A stretch of 64,000 bases of DNA from a virus (taxonomy: Duplodnaviria; Caudoviricetes): positions 8,375-72,374 of IMG/VR virus record IMGVR_UViG_2623620512_000004; one strand, 5' to 3'. Made by a program: the position numbers and the translations under genes. This document shows positions 47,262-56,483 of the stretch, piece by piece. Below the pieces are notes generated by a model, which saw only the letters and a list, made by a program, of their open reading frames with translations, had not been told where the DNA came from and did not search any database. Each line of letters opens with the position of its first letter. Positions within the stretch are counted from its first letter, which is position 1.

Positions 47262-47866
47262 TTCTCTGCCTCCTTACGGTTGAATGGTCCTACATAGTCA
47301 GCCCAGATGGAAATGAACTGCTTGCCGAAGTAAACGGCCAGTTCCTCTGACTTGACAGCAAGGCGAGCCGAGACGCTCGAGTACGAGAACGACCAAGCGT
47401 CGTTCGAGTTCGCACAAGCGAGACCGCCATTCGCACCGTAGTACGAGCTACCGCCACCGAGCCACAGCGCACGGTCTTTCTTCCATTGCTCTGACTTGCC
47501 TTTCAGTTCCTCTTCCGTCCAGAGAGTAAACCAAGGGTACCAACGGTATTCATCAGTAGTAAACTGAGGCTCCCATCCTTCGTTGAGGGCGGCAGCGATA
47601 GTCTTTAACTTGATGTAGGCTACCTCATCTTTTTCCAAGAAGCATCGACTACCATCAATGGGTGACGAATAACGTAACTTGTAGAAATCTACAGGCTCGA
47701 AGCCGAGTACATGACAGGCATCCTCATAGGTCTTTACTCTCTCTGTGATGGGTAGCAAGGTGTCAATACCTTTAACCTTAACATCATACTTCTCTGCGAG
47801 TGCAATCATTTCTTTTGCGAACTCCTGTGCCTTTTCCTGTGGCACATCTAACTTTAACTCTTTCAT
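47258..47866 (-). CDS. DGR target 2 (remote): non-structural protein carrying VR2
   Basis: Start re-assigned to AGAGCA-ATG at 47866 (202 aa); ITERVKTYEDAC...ALNEGW.P...RWYPWF; its C-terminal region matches TR. Confidence 0.85.
   Translation of the reverse strand: MKELKLDVPQEKAQEFAKEMIALAEKYDVKVKGIDTLLPITERVKTYEDACHVLGFEPVDFYKLRYSSPIDGSRCFLEKDEVAYIKLKTIAAALNEGWEPQFTTDEYRWYPWFTLWTEEELKGKSEQWKKDRALWLGGGSSYYGANGGLACANSNDAWSFSYSSVSARLAVKSEELAVYFGKQFISIWADYVGPFNRKEAEK
47361..47468 (-). repeat. DGR variable repeat 2 (VR2)
   Basis: 108-nt ungapped match to TR with 13 mismatches, 11 of them at TR adenines. Confidence 0.9.
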
Positions 47867-47918
47867 TGCTCTATATTGGTTTAAACGTGCAGGGCGGTTA
47901 CTCCTGCGAATCCTATAA

Positions 47919-48287
47919 CTATCCAAACTGCTTTCTGGCTTCGACATATTCCTTATGCCATTGCTTACGTATCTTCTCACCGTCAACCTCTTTCAAGGCT
48001 CTGGTGAACAATCCAGTCAGTACGGCACCAAAGAGGATCGTGTTCTTATTCAGCTTCACGCCTCCTTGGCAGAGAGCGAGTTGGCCATAACGTCCATAGT
48101 GGTAGCCCTTGATGTCTGATACTCGCTGATGGTCTTTCAGCATTTCAACGCTCCAACAGGCACCAGAGTAGATTTTCTTCGTGCCGTAGTAGTCATTCGA
48201 ATAGCCGTTCTGCTGTGATACCAGACGTGCCTTTATCTCATAGTGGCCACAGTCGCTCAACAGGTAGATGTATCTGGGCTTAATCAT
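47919..48287 (-). CDS. Hypothetical protein
   Basis: 122-aa ORF in the island. Confidence 0.55.
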   Translation of the reverse strand: MIKPRYIYLLSDCGHYEIKARLVSQQNGYSNDYYGTKKIYSGACWSVEMLKDHQRVSDIKGYHYGRYGQLALCQGGVKLNKNTILFGAVLTGLFTRALKEVDGEKIRKQWHKEYVEARKQFG

Positions 48288-48567
48288 TTCTTCTGGCCTT
48301 TAGGTAAGCATCTATTGTATCAAATCCAAGCGACTGCACGTAGGCTTTACGCTTCTCAACAGTAGAGGCACACCGAGCACACACCATACAATCTGGCGTG
48401 AGTTTCTTCGGACTGCAAGGCTCATACATCTGGCTTTCGTCAATGACGATGACGCTGTGCCGTCTGCACTTGAAGGCGGCTTCATATTCAGCATCATCCT
48501 TGTTCTCGAAGGTGGGGCAGTGACATACACCGCCTAACTCATCGTTTCTTAATACATACAATTCCAT
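48280..48567 (-). CDS. Cys-rich hypothetical protein
   Basis: AGAGCA-ATG start. Confidence 0.55.
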   Translation of the reverse strand: MELYVLRNDELGGVCHCPTFENKDDAEYEAAFKCRRHSVIVIDESQMYEPCSPKKLTPDCMVCARCASTVEKRKAYVQSLGFDTIDAYLKARRND

Positions 48568-48579
48568 TGCTCTGATACT

Positions 48580-48816
48580 TTATAGTAAACTTTCTATTGT
48601 CAACGCATCAAGTTCCTTCTGGTCGAGAGTGTAGCCAACCTGTGCCATCTGGCGAACAGCTTGCTTCTTGGCATTCTTCAGCGTCTTATACATTCCGATT
48701 TGGAACCAGTACTCACCATCTTGGATGGCAGTAACAATAATCTGGTCTGTCTCATGTCCGTTGAGGCAGAACCGCACAGTCTTTCTTTCCGAGTTCGTAC
48801 ATTTAACCGATTTCAT
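48580..48816 (-). CDS. Hypothetical protein
   Basis: First gene after the promoter; AAGAGCA-ATG-AAA-TCG start. Confidence 0.6.
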   Translation of the reverse strand: MKSVKCTNSERKTVRFCLNGHETDQIIVTAIQDGEYWFQIGMYKTLKNAKKQAVRQMAQVGYTLDQKELDALTIESLL

Positions 48817-48836
48817 TGCTCTTTACGTTTAATTGA

Positions 48837-49159
48837 TTTGCACTGGCAAAGTTACTGCTTTATTTCTGAATATCAAAACGATAAAACGAAAAGTTTCATG
48901 CACATTGACTAAGTTTAACTGTTGACTTTTTGCACATTTTGGACGTTTTGTGAAAAATCCGCAAGGTGCTCGAAATTTCAAGTGAGCGGATAAGTATAAA
49001 GGGGGTGGAATTTGAAACGCATGGTGAACTTTATATTAAGAATTTAACTTTTCATTTACTTAACTGAACCTTAACAATGTTAACTGCTGTCAAAATGCTC
49101 CATTTTTGAACTTGTTTGCTTACTATCTGGTACTGATGAGGCCATTAACAGAGTATAAC
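48837..49159 (-). repeat. ~300-bp early promoter/upstream repeat block, copy 3
   Basis: Core at 48988-49006; 23-nt exact match 49026-49048 = 24371-24393. Confidence 0.8.
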
Positions 49160-49160
49160 G

Positions 49161-49727
49161 TTAGTACTTCTTGTTTCCATGACGGTATTCCCTCATGGCG
49201 TTGTAGTGCATCTTCGCATCAATGTGCCAGTCCAGATCTATTTCGAGCGATTCAGACCAAGCATACATGAACTGTACGAACAAGGTTATCTCACTCATAC
49301 CCATGTTGCCACAGGTAATCCATCTTAGCAGTGAGAAGGCTTTCTCAGTGAAGGTAGTCTTATCGGAAACCTTTCTGATACTCCATCCGTTCCACTCCAT
49401 GCTATCACCGTACTTCTCATAGGCGAAGTCCAGTATTCTTGTTACGATGTCGGCAAACTCTTCTTCCAGACTACCTTTGATGAAGTCACCATAGCACACC
49501 TTCCAGTATGCGTCCGGCACATCACCGATTCTAACGAGCCGATGGAAATCCTTCATGTTCGCTCTCTTGCCCTTACGGTCAGCCTCAACAGCTTCGGCTA
49601 TCTCGGTCATCACCATGCAGAGCCAATGGGCATCCGATTTCTTCTCTTCATGCCATCCGTGAGTAGTGGCTATCTCATGGATGCTTCTGGCTAATTCATT
49701 CAATCTCTCCTTGTTCATCGTATTCAA
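49161..49727 (-). CDS. MazG-like nucleotide pyrophosphohydrolase
   Basis: HGW...L.MVMTEIAEAVEADR, EEFADI..R.LD, KMHYN..R.Y.HG.KY. Confidence 0.75.
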   Translation of the reverse strand: MNTMNKERLNELARSIHEIATTHGWHEEKKSDAHWLCMVMTEIAEAVEADRKGKRANMKDFHRLVRIGDVPDAYWKVCYGDFIKGSLEEEFADIVTRILDFAYEKYGDSMEWNGWSIRKVSDKTTFTEKAFSLLRWITCGNMGMSEITLFVQFMYAWSESLEIDLDWHIDAKMHYNAMREYRHGNKKY

Positions 49728-49868
49728 GTTTAATATCCATTGTGCGGATATGGTTTAACTCATCATGGCAGTTACCGATGTTCAACCTATCCAATTCTTC
49801 TTTTGCGTTCTCTACGTGTGTCATAATCTCATTGATTAGACGCACAACCTGTTTACTCGCCCTGTACT

Positions 49869-50159
49869 TCATTTCTTCGATTGTTTTCTTGTCTCAGCCC
49901 TGTGCTTCGCATCATACCTGTTATGGCAGGCTTGGCACAGTGCTCTTAGGTTCTCTGGGTCACAATTCTCTGGTGTGTGGTCAAGATGGGCGATAGTGAG
50001 CACCACCTGTACCAACTTACCTGTTTTCTCATTCCAGAAGTGGGAATGATTCTTCCTGCCACAGAACTCACAGCAGTTGTGAGCACGTTCAAGGATAGCA
50101 GCACGTATCTCTTTCCAGTTCTTGGGGTATCTGGCTCTGTTCTCTGGCTTAATAGGCAT
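49869..50159 (-). CDS. HNH-family protein
   Basis: YPKNW..IR...CEFC...LTIAHLDH.PENC...NLRALCQACH; start MPIKPEN at 50159. Confidence 0.8.
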   Translation of the reverse strand: MPIKPENRARYPKNWKEIRAAILERAHNCCEFCGRKNHSHFWNEKTGKLVQVVLTIAHLDHTPENCDPENLRALCQACHNRYDAKHRAETRKQSKK

Positions 50160-50303
50160 AACGCTCCTTCTTTTTCTTCTTGTATTGTCTTTGGAACTTT
50201 TTCTTCTTGTTGTTCTTCTCGATGTCACATGGCCTAACGCCAGGACAGTTGCATCCTTGGCCATAGGCCTTGCTGTTGAACCAGTATTTGCAGTCTGAAC
50301 ATT

Positions 50304-51133
50304 TCATAGGTCGAATAGTGATTTTTCTGTTTCAAAATTATATACCAAAACCTCTAACTTTCTTCTTTTACCCCCCCCCCATTTCTATCGAAATTCGCTA
50401 CATTCATGTTCATATCGACAGACTTGTAGTTCCAATGATTTTTCTCAATGTACTTTTCAAGTGTAGCCGTCATGAATTGCGAGAGGATAAACTTTCCCTT
50501 TATACTTTCCAATCTATGGAGGAGTTCCTCCAGATTTTCTTCAGTGAATCCATGATAGTGCTTCTGTTCACTTCCGGGGTACGGAGGGTCGAGATAGAAG
50601 AACGTCTCTGGCGTGTCTCTCTGCTCTATGCACAACAGGGCATCACGGCAACTTATCTGAACGTCTTTCAATCTTTCATACAGAGCATCGGTAAAACTAT
50701 CTCTCTTATTTCTCATAACTCTGCCGGAATGTGAGCCTCCAGAACCGTTGCACCATTTCCAACCTCCATCTGGAGAACCAGAGAATGATACGTTTGTAAG
50801 CATCCATACAGCCCAAGCCTTATCAATATCTTGGCAGTCCGCTCCAAGCCATATCTTCCTTGCCTTCTTCCATTCTGTTTCACTATGAAGGGTATTCTTG
50901 ATACGTTCCTCCAGAGCATCATAGTTTGTCTGTACTTGCTTGTAGAACGTGATGAGGTTGTCATTTATATCATTGATGGCTTCCAGATACGATGGACCTT
51001 TGGCAAAGAAAACTGCACCGCCACCAAAGAACGGCTCACAATAAATCCTGTGAGGTGGTATCATAGGCAGTATCGTTTTAATCATCTGCTGTTTTCCACC
51101 ATAGTATGTGATAGGCGTCTTTACTGGTCTCAT
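50304..51133 (-). CDS. Dam-family (D12 class) DNA adenine methyltransferase, frameshifted at a G10 tract (50371-50380)
   Basis: YYGGKQ, EPFFGGGAV and FYLDPPY motifs; the reading frame stops at 50354, but the C-terminal RKLEVLVYNF...LFDL* continues in another frame to 50304. Confidence 0.85.
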
Positions 51134-51960
51134 TTCTTTTCTTGCTTTACGTACTCTTCTGGTGTGCAGCCCATCTTTTCCTTGAACAGGTCTTTGAGCA
51201 TTTTCAAGTCATCTGGCTTATAGCGTTGGGTGTTATTGATGAGGGAATACGCCATAGACTTCATGTGGTCCTCTTGGTAACGTTTGTAGCCCTTGGGCTT
51301 GGTAGTTGCAGGGGTGGCAACATTTGAGCCGCTTAGAGGACTTGATTTTACTGGCAGTCCGTTCAGTCTGCAATACTCTTCATAGGTGACGGCCGTTTTC
51401 GCATATTCAGCATCAGCCTTTTCCTTTAACTTTCTGTCGTGCTCTTCATATTCATTGGCACGTTCCCTCAGAAACGTCCTCAACGATGTCGTGATAACGA
51501 TGGGGTCAACAGAGCCATAGAACCTGCCATACCTTCCAGACTTGAAGCGGTGCAGGAAAAGCATTATCTCCGTGACCTTCAGAAAGCCAAACTCGGTGCT
51601 TATCACACTGGCGCATTGCTGTAGTGCATGGCCAGATAACTTATCCCTGCAGCCGCAGTATTCTGACAGATCGTGCAGATGAGCCATGAGCCACGCAACA
51701 GGGAACTTGCCGTCAAAGTCAGTCTTTAACTGAATAAGGGTGGGGTACTCTCCGAACATACAGGCATCATCATCCAACTGCTTCTTGAACAGGTAGTCTG
51801 CATGATAGGTGTCAAGGACTTCCACGCCCTTGCTACCATATTTCTGCATCACTCCGTTTCTTAACTGAGACAGTTCAATCGTCAGAGAGGAAAGCGGAGA
51901 TTGTTCTGGCCGCATCAGCTGTTCGCTGTTCCGTTGTATTATTTCCGTTACTGATTCCAT
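51130..51960 (-). CDS. Replication-associated hypothetical protein
   Basis: LKVTEIMLFLHRFKSGRYGRFYGSVDP motif; start re-assigned to AAGAGCA-ATG at 51960. Confidence 0.65.
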   Translation of the reverse strand: MESVTEIIQRNSEQLMRPEQSPLSSLTIELSQLRNGVMQKYGSKGVEVLDTYHADYLFKKQLDDDACMFGEYPTLIQLKTDFDGKFPVAWLMAHLHDLSEYCGCRDKLSGHALQQCASVISTEFGFLKVTEIMLFLHRFKSGRYGRFYGSVDPIVITTSLRTFLRERANEYEEHDRKLKEKADAEYAKTAVTYEEYCRLNGLPVKSSPLSGSNVATPATTKPKGYKRYQEDHMKSMAYSLINNTQRYKPDDLKMLKDLFKEKMGCTPEEYVKQEKK

Positions 51961-52639
51961 TGCTCTTAGTGCTATATGATTTTTCGTTTCTGCTCCAATA
52001 CCGTATCCTCTTTTCAAGAACCCACGTCTTTTCCATTTCCCAACGCATCCTGCTACCAGACTTATTCGTCTGGCTCCACCAATCATAGAAATTACGCACC
52101 ATTTCCTTTCCATATATCTGTACGTAAGGAATGAGGGAGTTATAGAACGCTGCCATACGCTTCTTGGTGTCAGCTGCCACATCTTCCTTGGTTTTCTTTG
52201 GGCGTGTTATATTTGTTTTGTTTGATTCTTCGCCAGAAGAATCTATAATATTACCTTCTTTAGATGTGGACGTTTGTTGGTCGTTAGTTGGACTTTGGTT
52301 GGACGTTTGCTGGACGCTTTCTGGATTTACATCTTGATAACTTTCATAATTACAGATAGTTATAAGCGAAAATCGGTTGGACGCTTGGACTATAATTTCA
52401 CCTGTTTCCTGTAGTTTCTGGATGCAGGTGCGGATAACTCTTTCCGATATACCTGTCTCTGCCATAAGCCTGTTCCTTCCAGTGATAAGTTGGCCTCGCT
52501 TGATTTCCACGCCCTGCCACCGTCCATCCTTTACATTGGCATTGAGAAGCAAATGCAGAAACAGATGAACCATTTCAGATTTGCCGTACCATTCCCAATC
52601 TTGGAACCTGCGGTATATCTTTACCCAACTTTCAGACAT
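51875..52639 (-). CDS. Replication initiator protein
   Basis: WVKIYR...WEWY...HLF.HLLL.AN...IKRGQ; ITICNY..YQ; contains internal iterons. Confidence 0.8.
   Translation of the reverse strand: MSESWVKIYRRFQDWEWYGKSEMVHLFLHLLLNANVKDGRWQGVEIKRGQLITGRNRLMAETGISERVIRTCIQKLQETGEIIVQASNRFSLITICNYESYQDVNPESVQQTSNQSPTNDQQTSTSKEGNIIDSSGEESNKTNITRPKKTKEDVAADTKKRMAAFYNSLIPYVQIYGKEMVRNFYDWWSQTNKSGSRMRWEMEKTWVLEKRIRYWSRNEKSYSTKSNGISNGNNTTEQRTADAARTISAFLSDD
52267..52320. repeat. Iteron array (putative origin)
   Basis: Five TGGACGTTTG(T/C)-like units with 11-nt period inside the initiator gene. Confidence 0.7.
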
Positions 52640-52835
52640 AATCTCACATACTGATAATAAAAACTGCCCCGTCTTTCGTGTTCCTCTCCAAGTGTGGAGG
52701 TGGCATAGGAATACTACTCGACAGAGCATTTATATTTCGTTCCAACTGATGCCACTCAGTTGATTGTGTTACGTTTGCAAAGGTAACGAATATTATTTGA
52801 ATAACAAATACTATTAACATCATTTTTAACGAAGT

Positions 52836-53327
52836 TTACAGATTTACCTTGATGCCTTTCAGTGTGCTCAGACGCTTCACCTCCAGAGTGTACCGCTTAA
52901 TCATCTGCTCCAGTTCGCTATCCAGATAATGCTTCGTGCCATGTGCCTTGACGTTGAGCCATTCGACCTTCTGAGGTCCTATCTTCTTGATAAGGTTCTC
53001 CCTGTACTTGATGAGGTGGTCGGCACTGATGCGGTTGCAGTAGTGGCACTCCCCATGACAGTTATCCTCATCAAACCTTGTGGCCATGTGGATTCTGGAA
53101 TGGAAGTGTCCGCAATCGACCTCTTCAAAGGGCTTGATTCGTCCGCAACTGATACATCTGATATAGCCGTTAGGCATTGCGTCTCTCAGTCGGATATACA
53201 GGGCAAAGACCCTATCCAGTTTCGCTACCAAATTGGGCTTGCTGCGAGGCTTCTTGGTTTTCTCCGTATTTGCCTCTTTGCTTCCTTTTTTAGCCTTCTT
53301 TGGCCAGTGGCGCATATAGTAGGGCAT
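52836..53327 (-). CDS. ninG: NinG/Rap-like recombination endonuclease
   Basis: LDRVF..YIRLRD...CISCG...DCGHF.SR.H.ATRFDE.NCH..C..CN. Confidence 0.85.
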   Translation of the reverse strand: MPYYMRHWPKKAKKGSKEANTEKTKKPRSKPNLVAKLDRVFALYIRLRDAMPNGYIRCISCGRIKPFEEVDCGHFHSRIHMATRFDEDNCHGECHYCNRISADHLIKYRENLIKKIGPQKVEWLNVKAHGTKHYLDSELEQMIKRYTLEVKRLSTLKGIKVNL

Positions 53328-53329
53328 GG

Positions 53330-53701
53330 CTACACGAATTTAACTTTGTGAACCATTTTTCCGTTCTCACTCTCTACCTTGCCGAAGAACGTTGATGGCG
53401 TGGTGTCACACACCTCAAAGATGAACTCCAGACCTATTGCCGTTGCAACCAGAAATTCTGTCTGGCATCCGGCACTGTGGTTCCACTTCTTCATCATGTA
53501 GATGCAGTCGCATTCCAACAGGGCCTTGATGTCAACCTTCATGTGCTCTGCTGTGGTGCTCTCTGGCGGCAGTCCGTTGGCCATGGGGTTGAACACTTCG
53601 TAACCTAACTTTTCCAGATATTCCTGTATTCTGGCAAAGTCCGCTTTTCTCTCTTCGTAGTTATGGCCACTGATGGGGCCGCTGATATATACTTTCTTCA
53701 T
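53330..53701 (-). CDS. DUF4406 (nucleoside deoxyribosyltransferase-like) protein
   Basis: KVYISGPISG...F......G..VFNP...HM..DI..LL.CD.IYM...W..SAGC..E. Confidence 0.8.
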   Translation of the reverse strand: MKKVYISGPISGHNYEERKADFARIQEYLEKLGYEVFNPMANGLPPESTTAEHMKVDIKALLECDCIYMMKKWNHSAGCQTEFLVATAIGLEFIFEVCDTTPSTFFGKVESENGKMVHKVKFV

Positions 53702-54876
53702 TGGAACATTACATTTGTGAGTTGTTTTCCGTGTGACATAATGCACCATCTACTGGAGTTAGGTGCTTCCAGATCTATTTTCAAGTCGGCCACATTGCCG
53801 AAGCGTCTGTAGGTTCCGCACAAGTCCACTACCCAACCGTCCTTGCCTTTGAACGGACGGATGGCACGGCCTACCATCTGATAGTAGAGAGCGAGGGATT
53901 TTGTCGGACGGCCAAGGATAATCGTATCTAACTCTGGGTAGTCGAATCCAGTAGTCAGCGTACCTACGTTGGCCACGACCTTGATACTTCCTGCCTTGAA
54001 CTCTTCAAGGATTTCCTCTCGGTCTCTCTTAGGGGTCTCTCCTGTGACGATACCTGCATTGATACCTACAGACTGTAACTTGTTGACAAGGCTCTCTGCT
54101 TCCTCGATGTATCTGGTGAATACCAGGACACCGTTTCTGGGTATGCCACTCTTTGGCTTCAATACTCGGATGGTAGTCTGGGACAGCTTATCATAAAAGC
54201 CGCTTCTCTTATACTCTTCCTTCAGCGACTTGTCATCATAATCTGCACCTGTGGAGTTGGAACGTACCCTGCTCATGTCAACAGCCGTACAGTCATAGTA
54301 GTGGAGGTTTGCGAGATAGCCCTTGGCCAGAAGGTCTGAAATCTGACAGTAGTACAGGACGGATGAGAATATTCTTGGGTTCGTCCTTGTGAGGAACTTC
54401 AAGGTGCTGCCACCTCTGAATGAGCACAGTCTGTACGGTGTGGCCGTAAGACCTACCACCCTTCGCTCTGTAGCCTCGATGAACTGCTTATACTGTCCTG
54501 CCTTGGAGTTGACGTAATGGCACTCATCAATCATGACGTTCTTGAAGTGCTCGAAGTCCTCCATGTGATTCATGACGCTTCCGATGGTGGCGAAGGTGAT
54601 GCGGTTTATATCCTTCCTGCCTACCGATGCCGAATAGACTGAGGCATCCCAACAGCCGTAACTCTGCAACTTGGCGAAGTTCTGTTCCAGAATCTCCTTC
54701 TGGGGCTGTAGAATCAGAAGCGGACCATCTAACTTAGAGGCTATGTCGGCAATAACGAGGCTCTTACCTGCTCCTGTCGGCAGGATAAGCAAGCCGTTAC
54801 GTGCTCCCTTGGACTGGAAGCATCTTACAGCTGCCGTGCTTGCATCCCTCTGATAGTCTCTTAAAACGTATTTCAT
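53698..54876 (-). CDS. SF2 DEAD/DEAH-box helicase
   Basis: LRDYQ, PTGAGKS, DECH, GLTATP, LTTGFD, QMVGR..R. Confidence 0.9.
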   Translation of the reverse strand: MKYVLRDYQRDASTAAVRCFQSKGARNGLLILPTGAGKSLVIADIASKLDGPLLILQPQKEILEQNFAKLQSYGCWDASVYSASVGRKDINRITFATIGSVMNHMEDFEHFKNVMIDECHYVNSKAGQYKQFIEATERRVVGLTATPYRLCSFRGGSTLKFLTRTNPRIFSSVLYYCQISDLLAKGYLANLHYYDCTAVDMSRVRSNSTGADYDDKSLKEEYKRSGFYDKLSQTTIRVLKPKSGIPRNGVLVFTRYIEEAESLVNKLQSVGINAGIVTGETPKRDREEILEEFKAGSIKVVANVGTLTTGFDYPELDTIILGRPTKSLALYYQMVGRAIRPFKGKDGWVVDLCGTYRRFGNVADLKIDLEAPNSSRWCIMSHGKQLTNVMFQ

Positions 54877-54933
54877 TGCTCTTAGTGCTTAAAGGGTAGA
54901 GAGGTCGAAGCCTCCCTACCTGTTGTCATTGTC

Positions 54934-55599
54934 TTAATCGTCTGGATTGTCATCGTCACCATCACCGCCAAATGGCAGGTCATCATCACCTTCGTCATCG
55001 TCTGCATCAGCAGGCTTCTTGACTTCTGGGAACTCGATGCCGAACACTTCCTTCATGGCCCTGCGGTTCCAGTCCTCTTGGCTCCAGAGAGAGTTTCTGT
55101 CCCAATCGGGAATCTCAGTGACCTTGACCAGTTGCATCTGGCCATCCACCCATGCGAAGAAACAGAAGTTGCCGTTCAGAGCGACACGGATGGTCTCTGT
55201 TGCAGGCAGGGCAAAGTCGGTAGTGCCTTTCTTCACTCTGGCCGCAAGGTCTGCAATCTCCAGAAGGGCAGAGTTGTAGGCTTCCTCGGCCTTCTTCTTC
55301 ATGGCCTTAATACGCTCCAGAGTGGTTTCCAACTCTTCCTTGCGCTTGGGAACTTCGTTCTCCTGCTTCAGACAGTACTCTTCGCGAATCTCTTGGATTT
55401 CGTGCTCATCGTACTTACGAGTGGCCAACTCACCCTCTGGGAACAGGCAGTTGAACTTCTCTTCAAATACCTTGATGGCTTCCTTACTGGTCTTGGCACC
55501 ATTGCATACTACCAAGATTTCCTTGAACATTTCCTTCTGTGCCTCAGTCAAGACGAAATCAATCTTCTCTGGGCGATAATCTAACAGATTTGCTAACAT
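54934..55599 (-). CDS. Hypothetical protein
   Basis: 221 aa with a DDLPF acidic tail. Confidence 0.6.
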   Translation of the reverse strand: MLANLLDYRPEKIDFVLTEAQKEMFKEILVVCNGAKTSKEAIKVFEEKFNCLFPEGELATRKYDEHEIQEIREEYCLKQENEVPKRKEELETTLERIKAMKKKAEEAYNSALLEIADLAARVKKGTTDFALPATETIRVALNGNFCFFAWVDGQMQLVKVTEIPDWDRNSLWSQEDWNRRAMKEVFGIEFPEVKKPADADDDEGDDDLPFGGDGDDDNPDD

Positions 55600-55618
55600 A
55601 AAACTTAACTTTGATGGT

Positions 55619-56032
55619 TTAAAAAATGTTTCTTATTCTCTGCCATATATTGCGCTCCTTAAGCCACTCAATATAGGCCTTGTTGTCTGATAACTTGGAC
55701 TTGCACTCTGCCAGTTCCTTGATGACTTTGGCGTTGACCTTTGCAGCCTCATCGTCAATGATTTTCTGCTCAATCTCGGAACGCACCTCATCCATATTGA
55801 CAATCTCAATGAGGGTAGGCTTCAGTCCGAACATTCTGCGGATTTCTGACTGCACCATGACGGCAACCTTGCCTTCCTTTACGAGTTGTTCAATCTCGTT
55901 CTGGTGTTTCTCTTTCAGCTGCTCAATCTCCTTCTGGAGTTTTTCAGCTTCCTTGGCCTTGTCTCGAAGGTCATTGTAGTGTGATAGTTCGATAGTTACT
56001 TCTCTCATCATAATTTCAATTTCGTTATACAT
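55619..56032 (-). CDS. Hypothetical coiled-coil protein
   Basis: 137 aa ending RNIWQRI. Confidence 0.55.
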   Translation of the reverse strand: MYNEIEIMMREVTIELSHYNDLRDKAKEAEKLQKEIEQLKEKHQNEIEQLVKEGKVAVMVQSEIRRMFGLKPTLIEIVNMDEVRSEIEQKIIDDEAAKVNAKVIKELAECKSKLSDNKAYIEWLKERNIWQRIRNIF

Positions 56033-56465
56033 AATTCTGATATTGCTCTACTTGTTGTTGAGCGAAGAAGATGGCCTCATGCTCGTTCGGCTCTGGCAGG
56101 TACAATCCACACTGGGATGCACTGTAGTTCCGAAACCTCTCTATGGCCGTTGTCATTTCTGCCTTATCCAGTTCCGTACTGCTGCGGACATACTTGATTT
56201 CATAGCCACGCTTGTTCTTGCGCTGTCTGATGAAGATGTCCGGGTTACAGTGCTTCTTGAACAGGTCGAACTTGACTTCTTCCAGAGTGTAACCGAACTC
56301 CGATGCGAAGTAGCCTAACAAGAGGTGCAGGTAACTGTTCTGAGCCATGCTTCGCTGAGTGTGCTTCTTCTTTAGTTCCACATACTCCTGCGCCAACACC
56401 ATCTTGTTAGCCATTTCCTTGAACTTCTGGCGGTCGTAAGGGTTACTGAGGTTGTACAGTGCCAT
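56025..56465 (-). CDS. NinB-like protein
   Basis: RSMAQNSYLH...RSSTELD..EM...IERFR....G.YLP.P. Confidence 0.65.
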   Translation of the reverse strand: MALYNLSNPYDRQKFKEMANKMVLAQEYVELKKKHTQRSMAQNSYLHLLLGYFASEFGYTLEEVKFDLFKKHCNPDIFIRQRKNKRGYEIKYVRSSTELDKAEMTTAIERFRNYSASQCGLYLPEPNEHEAIFFAQQQVEQYQNYV

Positions 56466-56483
56466 ACTTCTTCGCTTTAGAGG

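Noticed and set aside
52267-52320. Short periodic repeats as a CRISPR array
   Set aside because: These are 11-nt tandem units without spacers; I saw no CRISPR array or cas operon in the window.
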